A stretch of 64,000 nt of DNA from the NCBI GenBank assembly GCA_002104945.1, contig MCFH01000079.1, positions 124,001 through 188,000 on the forward strand, in the 5' to 3' direction. Below are positions 12,317 through 25,879 of this stretch, piece after piece (the first letter of the stretch is position 1; each line of letters begins with the position of its first letter). This DNA comes from Piromyces finnis finn (lineage: Eukaryota > Fungi > Neocallimastigomycota). The notes beneath the pieces were generated by a model, which worked only from the letters and a program-made list of their open reading frames with translations, searched no databases and was not told the origin of the DNA. The position numbers and the translations under genes are program-made.

Positions 12317-13192
12317 TTGTGTATAGTGGGAATAGTAACAGTATTAGTTACCATAATATATTTAATGTGTTCATCTAAAAAATCTTCGTATGTACCAACC
12401 ATTGGTTATGATGCTAAAAATAATCCATCAAAAAAATGTTTAGGAGGATGGTTTTATAAAATTCATACCAAATCTGCAAAAGAAAATGCTGCATTTGCTA
12501 AAAAGCATAATTGGAATTATGTTCTTTTAACATCAAATGTAAACTCTGAATATTCAAGAGAACTTTTAGTTAATAATACCAGAGCATTTAGAGAACAAGG
12601 GATAGCCGTTCATATTATGTGTTTAGAAGATACATTTTATATCGATAATCCTATTACTGCCTATAATGAAATATCTTCCATTTTAAATTTTGTTAATGAA
12701 CAACAATTGGATATTCAAGGAATACATATTGATTGTGAACCTCACGCCAAAAAAGAATGGAAAGATGCAGGAACTGAAGAAAGAAATGTTATATTTAAAC
12801 ATTATCTTGAAGTTATAGAATATGGAAGAAAAGCAATTAATGAAATTAGACCAGATACTACTTATTCTGGTGCAGTTGCTTGGTGGTATTCAAGTATAAC
12901 GAAAAAAAATGAATTAGAATACGGAAGAGGATATGATCTAGTGAATAAGGATAGATTTGATTTTATTTTCCCGATGATTTATGATGGTGCTGGTGGTACA
13001 GTTGATAAAGTAATAAGTCGTTCAGAAGATTATATAACAGATAATGCTGCTACTGTTATTGGAATTGCTATTTCTGATTATGATAATGCCTCATTTAACG
13101 CTATTATTCAAAGTATTACAAATATTAGAGGTGAAAGTGACTATTTTAATGGAATTTCAGTTTTTGCTAATCACTTATATTCAGACTGGTAA
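12317..13192 (+). CDS. Intronless glycoside-hydrolase-like TIM-barrel protein (GH18-like superfamily) with an N-terminal hydrophobic anchor; start codon uncertain
   Basis: Motifs QGIHIDCEPH (beta4), FIFPMIYD (beta6) and FNGISVF (beta8) are spaced like the GH18 DxDxE, MxYD and final strand. The frame is open from 12230, but the first in-frame ATG is at 12365. Confidence 0.7.
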   Translation: MCIVGIVTVLVTIIYLMCSSKKSSYVPTIGYDAKNNPSKKCLGGWFYKIHTKSAKENAAFAKKHNWNYVLLTSNVNSEYSRELLVNNTRAFREQGIAVHIMCLEDTFYIDNPITAYNEISSILNFVNEQQLDIQGIHIDCEPHAKKEWKDAGTEERNVIFKHYLEVIEYGRKAINEIRPDTTYSGAVAWWYSSITKKNELEYGRGYDLVNKDRFDFIFPMIYDGAGGTVDKVISRSEDYITDNAATVIGIAISDYDNASFNAIIQSITNIRGESDYFNGISVFANHLYSDW

Positions 13193-14819
13193 ATATAATA
13201 TTTCAATATGTAACAGGAGTAAAAAAAAATCAATTTTTATTAGTTTTATTTCAAGTAAAAAAAATATACAGGTATCTTAATTTTAAATATTTCAATTATA
13301 TAAAGATAAAATAATAAAAAATAAGCTTTTAATAACATATTTTAGTTTTACTTTTTTTCAAATAATATTTTACATTTTAATACAAAAAAAAATTACATAT
13401 GGAGTTGTATAAATTTAATACAATATATATAGATACAAATAAAATATATTGTTTTAAAACTCATTTCTTTTTTTATTATTATTCTTTTATTTTTTTATAT
13501 TATCCTTTGTTACAAACAATTAATCCTTTATTTGTATAGTGACATAAATTCTAAACTATTGACATTTTTATACTAAAAAAAAAAAAAAATAAGAATTTAA
13601 TTAGTAAATGATTAATGATAGTTTGTTTTATTAACAATAAAATATAAACTTATAATTGAAGAGGATTATTTATAACACATATAACCATTTATCAAAAAAA
13701 AAAAGCAAAAGCAAAAGCAAAAGCAATCATTTCTTAATATTTCAATATTTATTTAAAAATATATTCAAACTAATGCTTATTTTTTTTAGAAATTAAATAG
13801 TTTCTTATATTTGTCTTTTTTTTTTCTAATATAAGCAACACCTAAATTAGTTCTCTATTTTAATAACTAAAAAAAATAAAAGTATAAACTGTTAATAATT
13901 ATTTAACTTTTTATCAAATTAAATATTTTTTTTGAAATTATAAAAAAAATTAAGCTTTTGATAATATTTAAATGTTAAGTACATGTTAGGTTCTTTTTAA
14001 AAATAATAATAATTATGATTATTTTGAATTTTTTGTTTAATTACTCTTTTTCATATCATTATTCTTAATAATTGAAGATAAAAGCTTAAAATATATAAAA
14101 TATGTAGATTTAACAAAAAACTTTATTTTTTTTTTATTATTTCAATAAAAAGAAATAAAAAAATATAAATTTTAAAAAAAAATTTGAAAAAACAAACTAA
14201 TTTTGTAAAAGTATAATTAAAACTTTTAAATTATAAATATGACTTTTTTTCATATTATATAATTGATAAATAGACAGCCAATAGTATTATATAAAATTAG
14301 AAACAATACAAATTGAAATATAATAAATATACAAAAAGAAAAAAAAATATTACTTTTATAATCTTTTAAACTTAATCCAGTAATCTAGTAACTCTTTTTC
14401 CCTCGCTTATATAGCACTTTTCATCATTTAATATATTTATATATATAATCAATTCATAAATAAATAGAATTAAAATTTATAAAGAAAAAGGAGTGACACC
14501 TAGTTATAAGCAACTTATATTATTTACTAGAAGCATAATCTTATATAAAATGATATTTAAATTAGGATATTTTATTCTTTCAATTATTCAATTCATAGGA
14601 TGGGAAATTCAATTTTTCAACGGAATATATTTAGAAGAAAAGAATAATAAAAATTTTGGAGTTCTAAGTAATATTTTTATATCCTTTACATATTTTAAAT
14701 CATTAATAAATTGATTTTATCATTCTTTTTTTTTTTTTTTTTTAGATATTGAAATACTCATTATAATAAAAGATATATAAAGTTTACTAGAGAAATCTTA
14801 AACATTTATTCTTAACTTT

Positions 14820-14935
14820 TTTTTTTCAATAATTTTTATTTTATATCTTCTTTCATATTATTTTAAAAAATATGTCTTTTTTTCAATAATTTTTTATTTT
14901 ATATCTTCTTTCATATTATTTTAAAAAATATGTCT
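14820..14935. repeat. Tandem duplication of about 58 bp
   Basis: TTTCAATAATTTTTATTTTATATCTTCTTTCATATTATTTTAAAAAATATGTCT occurs twice. Confidence 0.85.
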
Positions 14936-15090
14936 TATAACATTATGGAATACTATTTTAAATATGAATAATATTATTATTATCATAATAATTAATAAAT
15001 ATGGATCATCAATTCTTTATTTGAATAATGGATTTATAATACCTCTAATAAATATAAATATTGACTTGAAAAATAAAATAATATGAATGA

Positions 15091-16526
15091 ATGAATTATA
15101 AAATTATTATAATTATGCCTATATTTCAATACGTCTTTATCACATATGTATTATGTCATGGATTATGTTGGTATATTCTCATCTTTGGAGATACTTTTTC
15201 AACAAAAATACATGAATGTCAATGTATTAAATATCTTTTTAAAACAACAAAGTATTGTCTACAAGATTTAGGATATTATTCAAGAAGTGTTTTGTCAAAG
15301 TAAAATTCTAAAAAAAAAAACAATATAAGCATAATTCAATAGTATTAATAAAAGAATTATTCCAACATATTAATATTGACTATGATATATAATATATTTA
15401 TATGTAGTTGTGCTTTATTCATCGTTATGTCAATGTGTATTTCATCAGTTAATTTAGCTTTTAGTGGAGCAAATCTCTTTCAAAGTTTAAAGAGTAAGAT
15501 TTTTAAAAAAAAAAAATAATAAATATTAAAAAGAAAAACCTACAATATATATAATTTTTTTTAATTTACTAAGAAAATAATAAAATAAATTGCTAATATT
15601 ACCTATAAATATTTTAACTATAAAGGAGAATATGAAAGAAAAACTAATCCGGAACTTTCAGAAATGCCAGGATTTATAGTATCTGCTATTACCTTGAGTT
15701 CTATTTTTTTTACATTAGCCCTTTTCTCTTTTATAATATTATCAAGTCTTATCCTCGATATAGCTTATCAAGGTATAAAAGAGTGTTTTCCTTTGTACAT
15801 TAATAATCATGAATAAAAAAATGCATGTAATAATATATAATCAAATAACTAATTTATTTTTAATATATAAAAATAGTATATAACACAGAACCATGTACTG
15901 AATGTGGTATTAATGGATATTGTAGTTCAAAAGTAAATAATACCATATTTTTAATTATCATTTACAAAAAAAAAAAATGCATGATTTTAATAAACTTTTA
16001 TATATTAATTCATTCTATTTTAATGTATATCTTTATAAAAAAAAAAGTTAAAAATTAAAAGAGATCAAGAAACATGGAAAGTCAAAAGAAGAATTCATCT
16101 TTTTACTTCAGCATTTTTTGGAAAAGAATTTGCAAATTCAATTATTCCTTTTGATGAAGACACTGTTAAATTTGGTAAACTTTATATAAATAATTATTGT
16201 TAAAATTATAAATATATAGAAAAACAGTATATTAACAAAAATATTCAAATTTTGTTTTTATTTTTCATATAGATTTAGTATACAATAAAAATGAAACCCT
16301 TAATAATGGTAATGATAGTTTAAAAAAAAAAAGAGTGAAATATTATTTTTTTAATTAATAAAAAAAAATATGCACATCAAAGTAATATCGAAACTAATGT
16401 CAATGTTTTTTATTGTTATTATTATAAAAAACTATAGAAATGAGTAAAATTAACAATGAAGCCTACCTCCAATATTATAAACCAGAAAATATTGTTGTTT
16501 CTTACTCCAATGATAAAACATTATAA
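15091..16526 (+). CDS. Unknown multi-pass membrane protein, 7 exons (15091-15299, 15408-15493, 15626-15772, 15877-15932, 16048-16174, 16273-16308, 16438-16526)
   Basis: GT-AG joins keep one frame through three hydrophobic segments (YVFITYVLCHGLCWYILIF; CALFIVMSMCISSVNLAF; GFIVSAITLSSIFFTLALFSFIILSSLIL) and a CTECGINGYC motif to a TAA. The start could be ATG 15091 or 15115. Confidence 0.6.
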
Positions 16527-17141
16527 TTAAAAAAGCATTTAATTTTTTTTTACTCCCTACTCCCATTTTAAAAATTTTCTTCTTCAATAACTTTTATTTA
16601 TTGTATATATTTCTATTAATTATTTCATTACCTATTATCATTATAAAAATAAAGTGTAGGAGAAAAGCGATTCATAAATATATAAAATTATATCTAAATC
16701 ATCATTTATTAAATAAAATCAATCTATACAAATTGTTAAATTTAAATGTTTTGATTATTTTATGTGTTAAGCATCCATGATGTCTGTCCAAAGATATATA
16801 TATATATAAATTCCTTTTTAATATTATATCTGTTTTTTTAAAAGTGGTATATAAAAAATAGGTTAGATTTATTAAATTATTATTAATATTAGTATTGATA
16901 TAAAAGCCACAAATGCACACTATTTTTGTATTTCTAGTTTTTCTATATAAAGATATATAATGAATCAGCCACAATATATTAGATTTTATATTATTTAATA
17001 ATTTGTAATTAAGAAAAGATAAAAATTTAATTAAATAATTTTAATAATTTGTATTCATAAAATAACTTTAAAAGTCAATAAGCAAAAAAAAGAAATTAAA
17101 ATAAAATAAAAAAAAAAAAAAATAATAAAAGTAAAAATAAG

Positions 17142-19748
17142 ATGGATCACAGTAATGAAATTCAAACTTTTGTTTCTATTGCTCAATGTTCTGAAGAACA
17201 AGGTTTATACATTATAAATTAAAATATTTCTTTAAATGAGTTGTCCATTAGATTTTTAACATTTAAAAAAAAAAAGGAAAAACTTATTATAATATGTTTA
17301 AATAACATATAACATATGTTAACTACTTTTTCATATAATAAGCATTAACTATTTTAAAATATGACAATAATTAAATACTATCAATATTTAATAAAAATCA
17401 ACAATTTATTATTAAATTAAATTTTATTCAAAGTCATATAAATATTTATCTATATATAAAAAAAAAATATTAATTATATACACAACTTTTTTTATGTAAT
17501 TTAGCAAGAGAATGTTTAGAAAAATATGATTGGGATCTTAATGTAATTTCAATATAATAACATAAATTTAATATTATATTAATATATTCTTAATAATAAT
17601 AAATATTTGAAATATCTAATTATCGATATATTATAAATAAAAATTTTAATCTTTTTTACAGGAAGCTTTAAACCATTTTGATTACTCTCAACATTCAACT
17701 AAAAAAACATCTTCTCAAAGGTATTTTTAAAGTTTAAATTTAAGTAACCTATGTATTATTAATAAAATCAAATTTCTATTTAAAAATATAAATTAGATAT
17801 ATATTAATAAATTTTATTTTATATTTCATTTCCTATATCATATACATAATATTGTTTTGAAACATTTTGAAAAAAAAAAAAAAAAGTTACTACCAAACCA
17901 ACAAATTCGCCACTTTAGATAGTTTCAGACAACAACAAAATTCTAATAATGATAATAACGATAATAAACAAAATTACTTTGCTGGTGGAGAACACTCGTA
18001 AATTTCCAATTCTATACATATAAAATGACAAAAGTGTTAAATTCAATAATTCTTTTCAAAAAAGTATACTTAATGAAAATTTTGTCTATTTATTATATAT
18101 AATCCATTTGTTTTTTATTTTATTAGAGGAATTCTTATGGAAGGTGGTGAAGGTAGTCATACCAACCGTTTATTAAAAAAGATTTTTGAACGTGCCACTC
18201 AGTAAATATATTTATTTTTATTTTTTTGATATTTATTTCAAAACACAAGAATTACTTATTTATTATTTAATACCCTTTCCTTTAAAAAAAAAAATCAATA
18301 CCATTTTATTAATCAATATTTATAAAAATGATATTCTAATTTAAATATAAATATTCAATTTTGATAGAGGTGGAAAAGCCAAGGCTGATGAAGAACAAGA
18401 AGAATTACCACAAGAACCAGAAAGATTCACCGGTGGTGGTAATTAACTATATTAAGAGTTATTTATATAAATTCTAATAGAAAAAAAAAAAAAAAAAATA
18501 TTAATATTCTTTTATTATATAAAATTATAAAATTGAAATTTATTTTTAAAGGCTATAAATTAGGTAGTGATCAAGTAGATAGTGAATACTTTGGTGCTAC
18601 ATCTACAAATAAACCAAAACAAGAAAAGGTATTTAAATAGAATTTATTTTAATAATTTTGATAAAGTGATATGTATATTATTTTGTTATTTCTCTAACTT
18701 GAGAGTATATAAAATAAAAAAAGGTAAAACGTATGATTACTTTCTGGAAGAATGGTTTCAGTATTGATGACGGACCATTAATGGATTATGAAAGTCACAA
18801 AAATGTTTTAGAAAACTTAGAAAAAGGGTATAAAAATAAAATTATCATTTCTATAAATACTCTCTATCATTAAATCTATATATTTTAAGATTGTAGATTG
18901 ATTAATATAGTTGAGATAAAGCTTAAATAGTTAAAAAAAAAATACCTAATGATTATATATTATTAATTCAAATATAAATAGTTACGCTCCAACTGATCTT
19001 TTCAATATTAAAAGAGGTGAAGAACTTTCAGTTGAAGTTTCACATCGTATGAGTGAAAATTACATTCCACCACCAACAAAGTTAAAGCCATTTGAAGGGG
19101 TTGGTCAAAAGTTAGGAAGGTAAGCGAGATAAATGAATTTAATTGTAAAAAAAAAAAATCATTACTCTCTAGTTTTCATTTATAATAATTTTTTTCCATA
19201 ATTATAAAAAAAATATGCCACAGTTATGTTCCAGGTGTTGATGTTTCAAGTCCACCACAACAACGTAAAGAAAGTCAATCAGAAACTAAAATTGAAGTTG
19301 ATGAAAGTCAACCAACCACTTCTCTTCAAATCCGTCTTTCAAATGGTTCAAGGTAAGCGATAAATATATATATATACAAAAGTCATTTTGTATTATATTC
19401 GTCAATATATGGCATATTTAATTATTTTTTTACCATTAATTTTTTTTTCCTTTTTTATGAAACAGAGAAATGGCTACTTTCAATCACACCCACACTGTTG
19501 GTGATGTCATGCAATACATCAAGAGGTAAAACATATTATTTATATTTCATAATCTATTCAATACAATAATATTTATATATTAAATAATTTTCTTTTTTTA
19601 TATATTATATTATTATATTAGTATTAATTCTGACGCAAGACCATTCATAATAAAAACTTCTTTCCCAAACAAGGAATATCGCGATGTTAACCAAACTTTA
19701 AAAGATGCTGATCTTTTAGATGCTGTTATTATTCAACATCACTTATAA
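17142..19748 (+). CDS. SHP1: p97/Cdc48 cofactor p47 (UBA-like, SEP and UBX domains), 12 exons
   Basis: The spliced translation contains [45 protein letters not shown] (SEP), FEGVGQKLG (SHP box) and [10 protein letters not shown]...TSFPNKE (UBX). Confidence 0.93.
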
Positions 19749-21650
19749 ATTTAATATAATATTATTTTTTGATTCATAAAAAATATTATTAATTTACATG
19801 ATTTTCAATAATTATCAACAATTATCAGTACCAGTAGTAATTCAAAAAAAAAAAAAAATACTATTACTATTATTTTGTATTTAAATTTATTCATAAATAA
19901 AAACTGCTCATATTATAAATTCAAAAAAAAAAAGAAATAACTAGTGAATAAATACATAAATTTATTTATTATCCTCATATTTTATGTATAAATCACATGG
20001 ATATTCTAAATTAAATTTTGTGTCACCATTATTTTAAGAAAGATGATGGTATTATCCACCTTGACACAAATTTTTTTAATGCTCTATAAAAAAAGAGAAT
20101 GTCGGATTAATTATTTTTAACCAATAATTATTTCCGTAAAATTCCGACCATACCTATTTATATTAAAAATGATGTTGAAAGAGTTTTTTTTTTTTTTTTT
20201 GTTATATAAAAGAAGATTTTTTTTGGTTTTTTTTTATCAGCATAATACTTTTAATTCTTTTTAAGAATAATAGGTTATAATGTTGTTATTATATAATATA
20301 AAGGCACCTTTTTATTCTAAATAATTTTATGCTTATGTATACATACTATTTATCTACTATGTATAGTATAGTAATAGCTAATAAGTCGTTATAGCATTAC
20401 CTTATTAAATTTAGTACATCATATTTAAAAAACAAATTTCTTTCCTTTAAATAAGAGTAATATTCATTATTTTGTTATTATGCTTTATAAAATATCAATT
20501 TTATATGAAAAAATCAACAAACTTATATTTTATTATATAATAGTAAATGCTGTTATCTTTGTTATCATACTTTATACAATAATATTCTTTTTTATTATTA
20601 TTATTAGTAGTAGTAGTATTATTATTCATTGAACTTTTATATCTTATTAATGCTTAATAACATTTTTCCTTTCTTTCTACTTCATCTCTTCTCCTACAGC
20701 TACGTCCAAGGCATGCATAGACTAAAACTCCGCTACTTTTACATTAAAAATTAATACATTAAAATGTATCAAATTTTGTTACATATTTTGTATTATGTAA
20801 TTGTAAAATGTATCATGTAATTGTAATATTTCCATTATTATTTGTTGTATTATCTCACTTTTTTTATTGATAATTACGGTATAATTAATTTTATTCAATC
20901 CCACCAATAATATTTAAATAATAAATTTTTTTTTATTTATATTAAATAGATTTATATATAGAATTGAATGTATATATAAAATCAATAGTAAAATGTAATA
21001 ATTAATACTTTTATATATGATTTAGTGATATGAAAAAAAAAATGTAATAAATATTTTTTTGTTTTGATTTTATTCTTTTTTGGTTATTTTTATTAAATAA
21101 TAATCATTATTACTTTTTTTTTTTTTCATTTAACCTTTTTTATACCTACTAACAAAAAAAAATTATTAATTATAAATGCATTTAATAATGTCAAACTTTT
21201 TGAATATATAAAATAAATAAATAAAAATGAATTAAAAAGAATTATTATTCTCATGTTATATATAGTCAATATGAGTTTTAAAAATGGTGTAGATATAGCA
21301 TTTTAATAATTATATTGATAGTAAAAATTAAGTGTATTATGAAATATCATTGATTCCTATATAAAAAATTATTCTCTTTTCTTCCTTTTAAAAAAAAATA
21401 ATATCAATAATATTATATTATATATTAATGATTTATCAATATTAGAATTGAATTTATTATATATGATTGTATATGTGTTTTAATATATTATCTTTGCATA
21501 TATAATATATTAATCAATTTAACTTTTTTTTTGGTAAAAAATTTTTCTATAAAAAAGAAATTTAGTTAAAATAAATCTTTTTTCTTTTCGTAATTTCATT
21601 AATAAAAAATATATTAATATTTTTTTAAATCGCCTTACCAAGTCATCAAA

Positions 21651-23262
21651 ATGATTTCTGGCAACGTTCTCACTAAGACTTCAGGTAGAATATATGAAAG
21701 TTCAGAGATATATGGAGTGAAAGTTAAAGATGGAGAAGAGTTAAAAAAAAAAAAAAAAAGCAACAATTAAAAAATAGAATAGATAGTATACAATAAGTAA
21801 ATGAAATTGAATGTGAAATGAATAGATGATGTCATTTATTAATCAAAATATACATTTGGAATAAATAAATAATAAAAATAAATAAATAAGTGAAAAGGTG
21901 GAATGGAAATGTTTAATAAAAAGAATGAAAAATAATATGAATATGATCAAAAAAAAAAAAAACATTTTAAATAGAAATCTATATACTAAAATTGTATAAA
22001 TTATTTAAATATTTAGTCTCTACTTGCAAGAGATTATACTCTACTGCCTACGATGCTACCTTAAAGAACTTACTTATCAACAAGAACACTAAGGTCATCA
22101 CCCAAGGTTTCACTGGTAAACAAGTATGTAAAATAAAAAAAAAAAAAACATAGATTAATCAATCATTAAAAAAAAAAAAATCTAGATTCATTAATGAAAA
22201 TGTAATATATGTTAATCTTGTTAATGTTTAAAATATTATTTTAAAATAGGGTACTTTCCACGCCAAGAATGCCCTTGCTTACGGTACTAAGATGGTCGGT
22301 GGTGTTTCCCCAAAGAAGGCCGGTACCGTTCACTTAGGTCTTCCAGTCTTCAAGTCTGTTCAAGATGTAAGTTTTAAATATTATTAAAAATAAAAAGAAA
22401 AATTGATTATTAAATTGAAAAATATTAAATTTAAATAGGCTTGTGACAAGCTTCACCCAGATGCTTCCGTCATCTACGTCCCACCACCAGGTGCTGCTGC
22501 TGCTATCTTAGAAGCTATTGAAGCTGAAGTTCCATTAGTTGTTTGTATTACCGAAGGTATTCCACAACAAGATATGGTTAAGGTAAATTAAAAAAAATGA
22601 TATCTATATTATACATATTTAGTAAAGTAATTTTGAAAAAAGATTATTAAATATAACCATAAAATTTTTATGAATAGGTTGTTGATGCTCTTAACTCCCA
22701 AAACAAGTCTAGACTTGTTGGTCCAAACTGTCCAGGTGTCATTAAGGCTGAAGAATGTAAGATTGGTATTATGCCAGGTCACATTCACACCAAGGGTAAG
22801 ATCGGTATTGTTTCTCGTTCTGGTACTCTTACCTACGAAGCCGTCAACCAAACTACCAAGGCTGGTTTAGGTCAAACCTACTCCTTCGGTATTGGTGGTG
22901 ATCCATTCAACGGTACTAACTTCATTGATGCCCTCAAGATCTTCCTTGATGATGACAACACTGAAGGTATTGTCCTTATTGGTGAAATTGGTGGTTCTGC
23001 TGAAGAAGAAGCCTCTGAATTCCTTAAGCAATACAACCTTACCCGTAAGGTTCCAAAGCCAGTTGTTTCCTTCATTGCTGGTCGTACTGCTCCACCAGGC
23101 CGTCGTATGGGTCACGCTGGTGCCATTGTTGCTGGTGGTAAGGGTGGTGCTGACGACAAGGTCAAGGCTCTCCAATCCGCTGGTGTTGTTGTCTCCGCTT
23201 CCCCAGCTCAAATGGGTGTTAAGTTAAGAGAAACTATGCTTGCTCGTGGTTTAATCCATTAA
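21651..23262 (+). CDS. LSC1: Succinyl-CoA synthetase alpha subunit with N-terminal organellar (hydrogenosomal) presequence; exons 21651-21684, 22017-22123, 22250-22366, 22439-22582, 22678-23262
   Basis: Contains [41 protein letters not shown] and the phospho-His motif RMGHAGA. C-ending codons are strongly preferred, typical of a highly expressed gene. Confidence 0.97.
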
Positions 23263-25879
23263 ATTATTTAATCATACTTAGAAATTTTGTGATTTTATTT
23301 TTTTTCTTTTAATTTCTTTTTTGAACCCTCAATGTGAGCTTTGAAAGTACAACGTAGAATAGAAGAAAAGAATAAAATTTGCGAGTAATATACCTAAATT
23401 ATATCAATAAAAAATAAATAACAAATTATAATCTTATTAATACATAAAAAAAGGTAGTTTATCATAATGAACTTTATTTTTTTATTAATAAATTATGAGT
23501 AAATAATAAAAAAAAGCCTCCCAAATCCATAACAAATAATTTTTAAAAATTTTATTATATATATATTTTGTTAAAAACTAAAAGTTAAAAAAACATATTT
23601 ATTCTGCTTAATAATACAAAATTACAAAATATTCTCTTTTATTTAGAAAAATTACAAAAAAAAAATTTGCAAATTACAATAAAAAAAATACAATTATATA
23701 ATAAAAAACTCAACATTTTTTATATATAAAATATTTAGAGTTGACTTTTTTTTAAAAAAAAAAAAGTATACCTTGGTATTTTCTTGACTTTTTGTAAAAA
23801 AAATGGAGTGAAAGGTTTAAAAAAAAAAAAAAAAAGGAAAGTATCAATAGGTTTTTTATAGTAATATCAAAAGTGTTTTGTAAAACGTGAATCATTTCAA
23901 AAGCATTGGTATATGGGGGTAGGAATTTATATTTTAATTCCAGTACATCAGATGTTGGTTTTTTTTTTATTAGTAGTAGTAGTACTAGTATTTTTATTAC
24001 TTTTTTTTTTTCGATAATTCAAAAACATCTTTTAAAATAAAAGTTTTTTTTTTTTTAATTTTGTATTTATGAACACCGTTTATTTAAAGCTTAAACCTAA
24101 AAAAAAAAAAAAAAGTTTAAAAAAATATAACACACTCTATTTTTCACACGATTTATCATCTTTTCTCTATTTTTTTTTTTTTTACACTTTTATAGAAGGA
24201 TAACATTTATTCTTGCAAGTCTATTTATCCTTTTTTATTAGTAGTAGTAGTAGTAGTATGTTTTTTGCTTTTTTTTTTTTTTTATTACTTAATATTGTAT
24301 TTATTTTATTCCCTTTACAAAGTTTAAAAAGAATTAAAAGTGAAGCAACCTATTTCACCCATTATTAAAAGGAAAAAAAATTCAATGGTTGTATAAAGTT
24401 TAAAATTAATACGATTAATAATATTATTTAATGATGTTGTATTAACAAAAAAAAAAAAAAAAAAAAAAAAAGCGACCTCATTTATTATTCTAAAAAGAGT
24501 TGTTGTTTATTTGTTATTTGCGATTTTTCTTGTCTAGTGATACTATTATTAATATAAATTTTTTTAAAGTTTTTTTTTATAAACATCATCATTATCACCA
24601 TTACACCATTACAACTAGTAGTACCTTCCCCTATTAATAAATAGTTTAGTGTGGTTAAATAATACCAATAATAATAATTATAAAAATTGGGTTAAATCTA
24701 TACCTTTTTGTCTTACTTTATTATTACCTATTCATTTTAAATTATTATTTCATATAAATATATGAATTTTTTTTTTTTTTGCTTAGTAAATTAGTAATAA
24801 TTATTTATTATTATTTATTATTGTTTATTATTAGATAAAAAAAGAAAAAAAGAGGGAATAAAAAATTTATTTAATATAAATAATTAAACTGAAAAATAAT
24901 ATATTAAATAATAAATAAATATATAATCGACCATATATTATTTCTTAATATATTAATCAATTAATAAATCTTTTAAATATATATAAAGAAAAAAAAAAAC
25001 AGTGTAATAATAAGCTTTTTTTTTTTTAAAATTGTGTAATATATAAATATCCAAAGGTAGATGTTAAAAAAAAAACAATAAAATTAAATGTTGTACATAT
25101 ACATAGTTTTCATTAGTAGATATTATGATATGTTAAATAAATTGTATATATAAAAAAACTTGTACATTTGATGAAAGAGAAAAATGAATTTTAAAAGATT
25201 TAATGAAATTAAAATATGGAAATAATCAAAATGAAATTATATTATTTTCAATTGATAATATAATGAAAATCAATGTAGTATATAGAGGAGAAAGTGAAAT
25301 AACATTGAATTAATTCGATAACATCATATTAACACTAATATAAATGGCATAAAATATACTATTTAAAAATATATATATTATGGGAGTACTAAAATGGATG
25401 ATAAATTAATCAATGAAATAATTTATAGCAAAAATTTTATTAAAATTCAATGTTCAATATTCTACATAAATGTAAAAAATAATTGTTTGATAAAAGTAAA
25501 AATAATAATAATAAATGAAAGAAACCGCCGCTAATAAATCCATATTTAAATTTATCAAATTTGAATTTAAAAATTGAATTTTTATATATTTTTTGAAAAT
25601 TTGATGAAAAATCAAATAAGAGATTTTCATATTTAATATATAAAATTCTCTATGCCTATATAGAATATATAAAATACTAAAACATTGGCATACTCAATAA
25701 AAATTTGAATATCATATAAAAAAAAAGATATTTGAATTTAAGTGAGATCTTGTTAAACTAATAAATAATATATACTTTATGATTACTAATATATTATAAA
25801 TAAATAATTTTTATGACAATAATAATAATAATAATAATAATAGAAAAAAAAAGAAAGAAATAAATAAAATAAATATAAA

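Noticed and set aside
20655-20736. Minus-strand segment GVLVYACLGRSCRRRDEVERKEKCY-stop resembling a terminal exon
   Set aside because: No compatible upstream exon or start was found before the SCS gene.
22609-23227. Overlapping ORFs around SCS alpha exon 5
   Set aside because: These are alternate and antisense frames kept open by strong codon bias.
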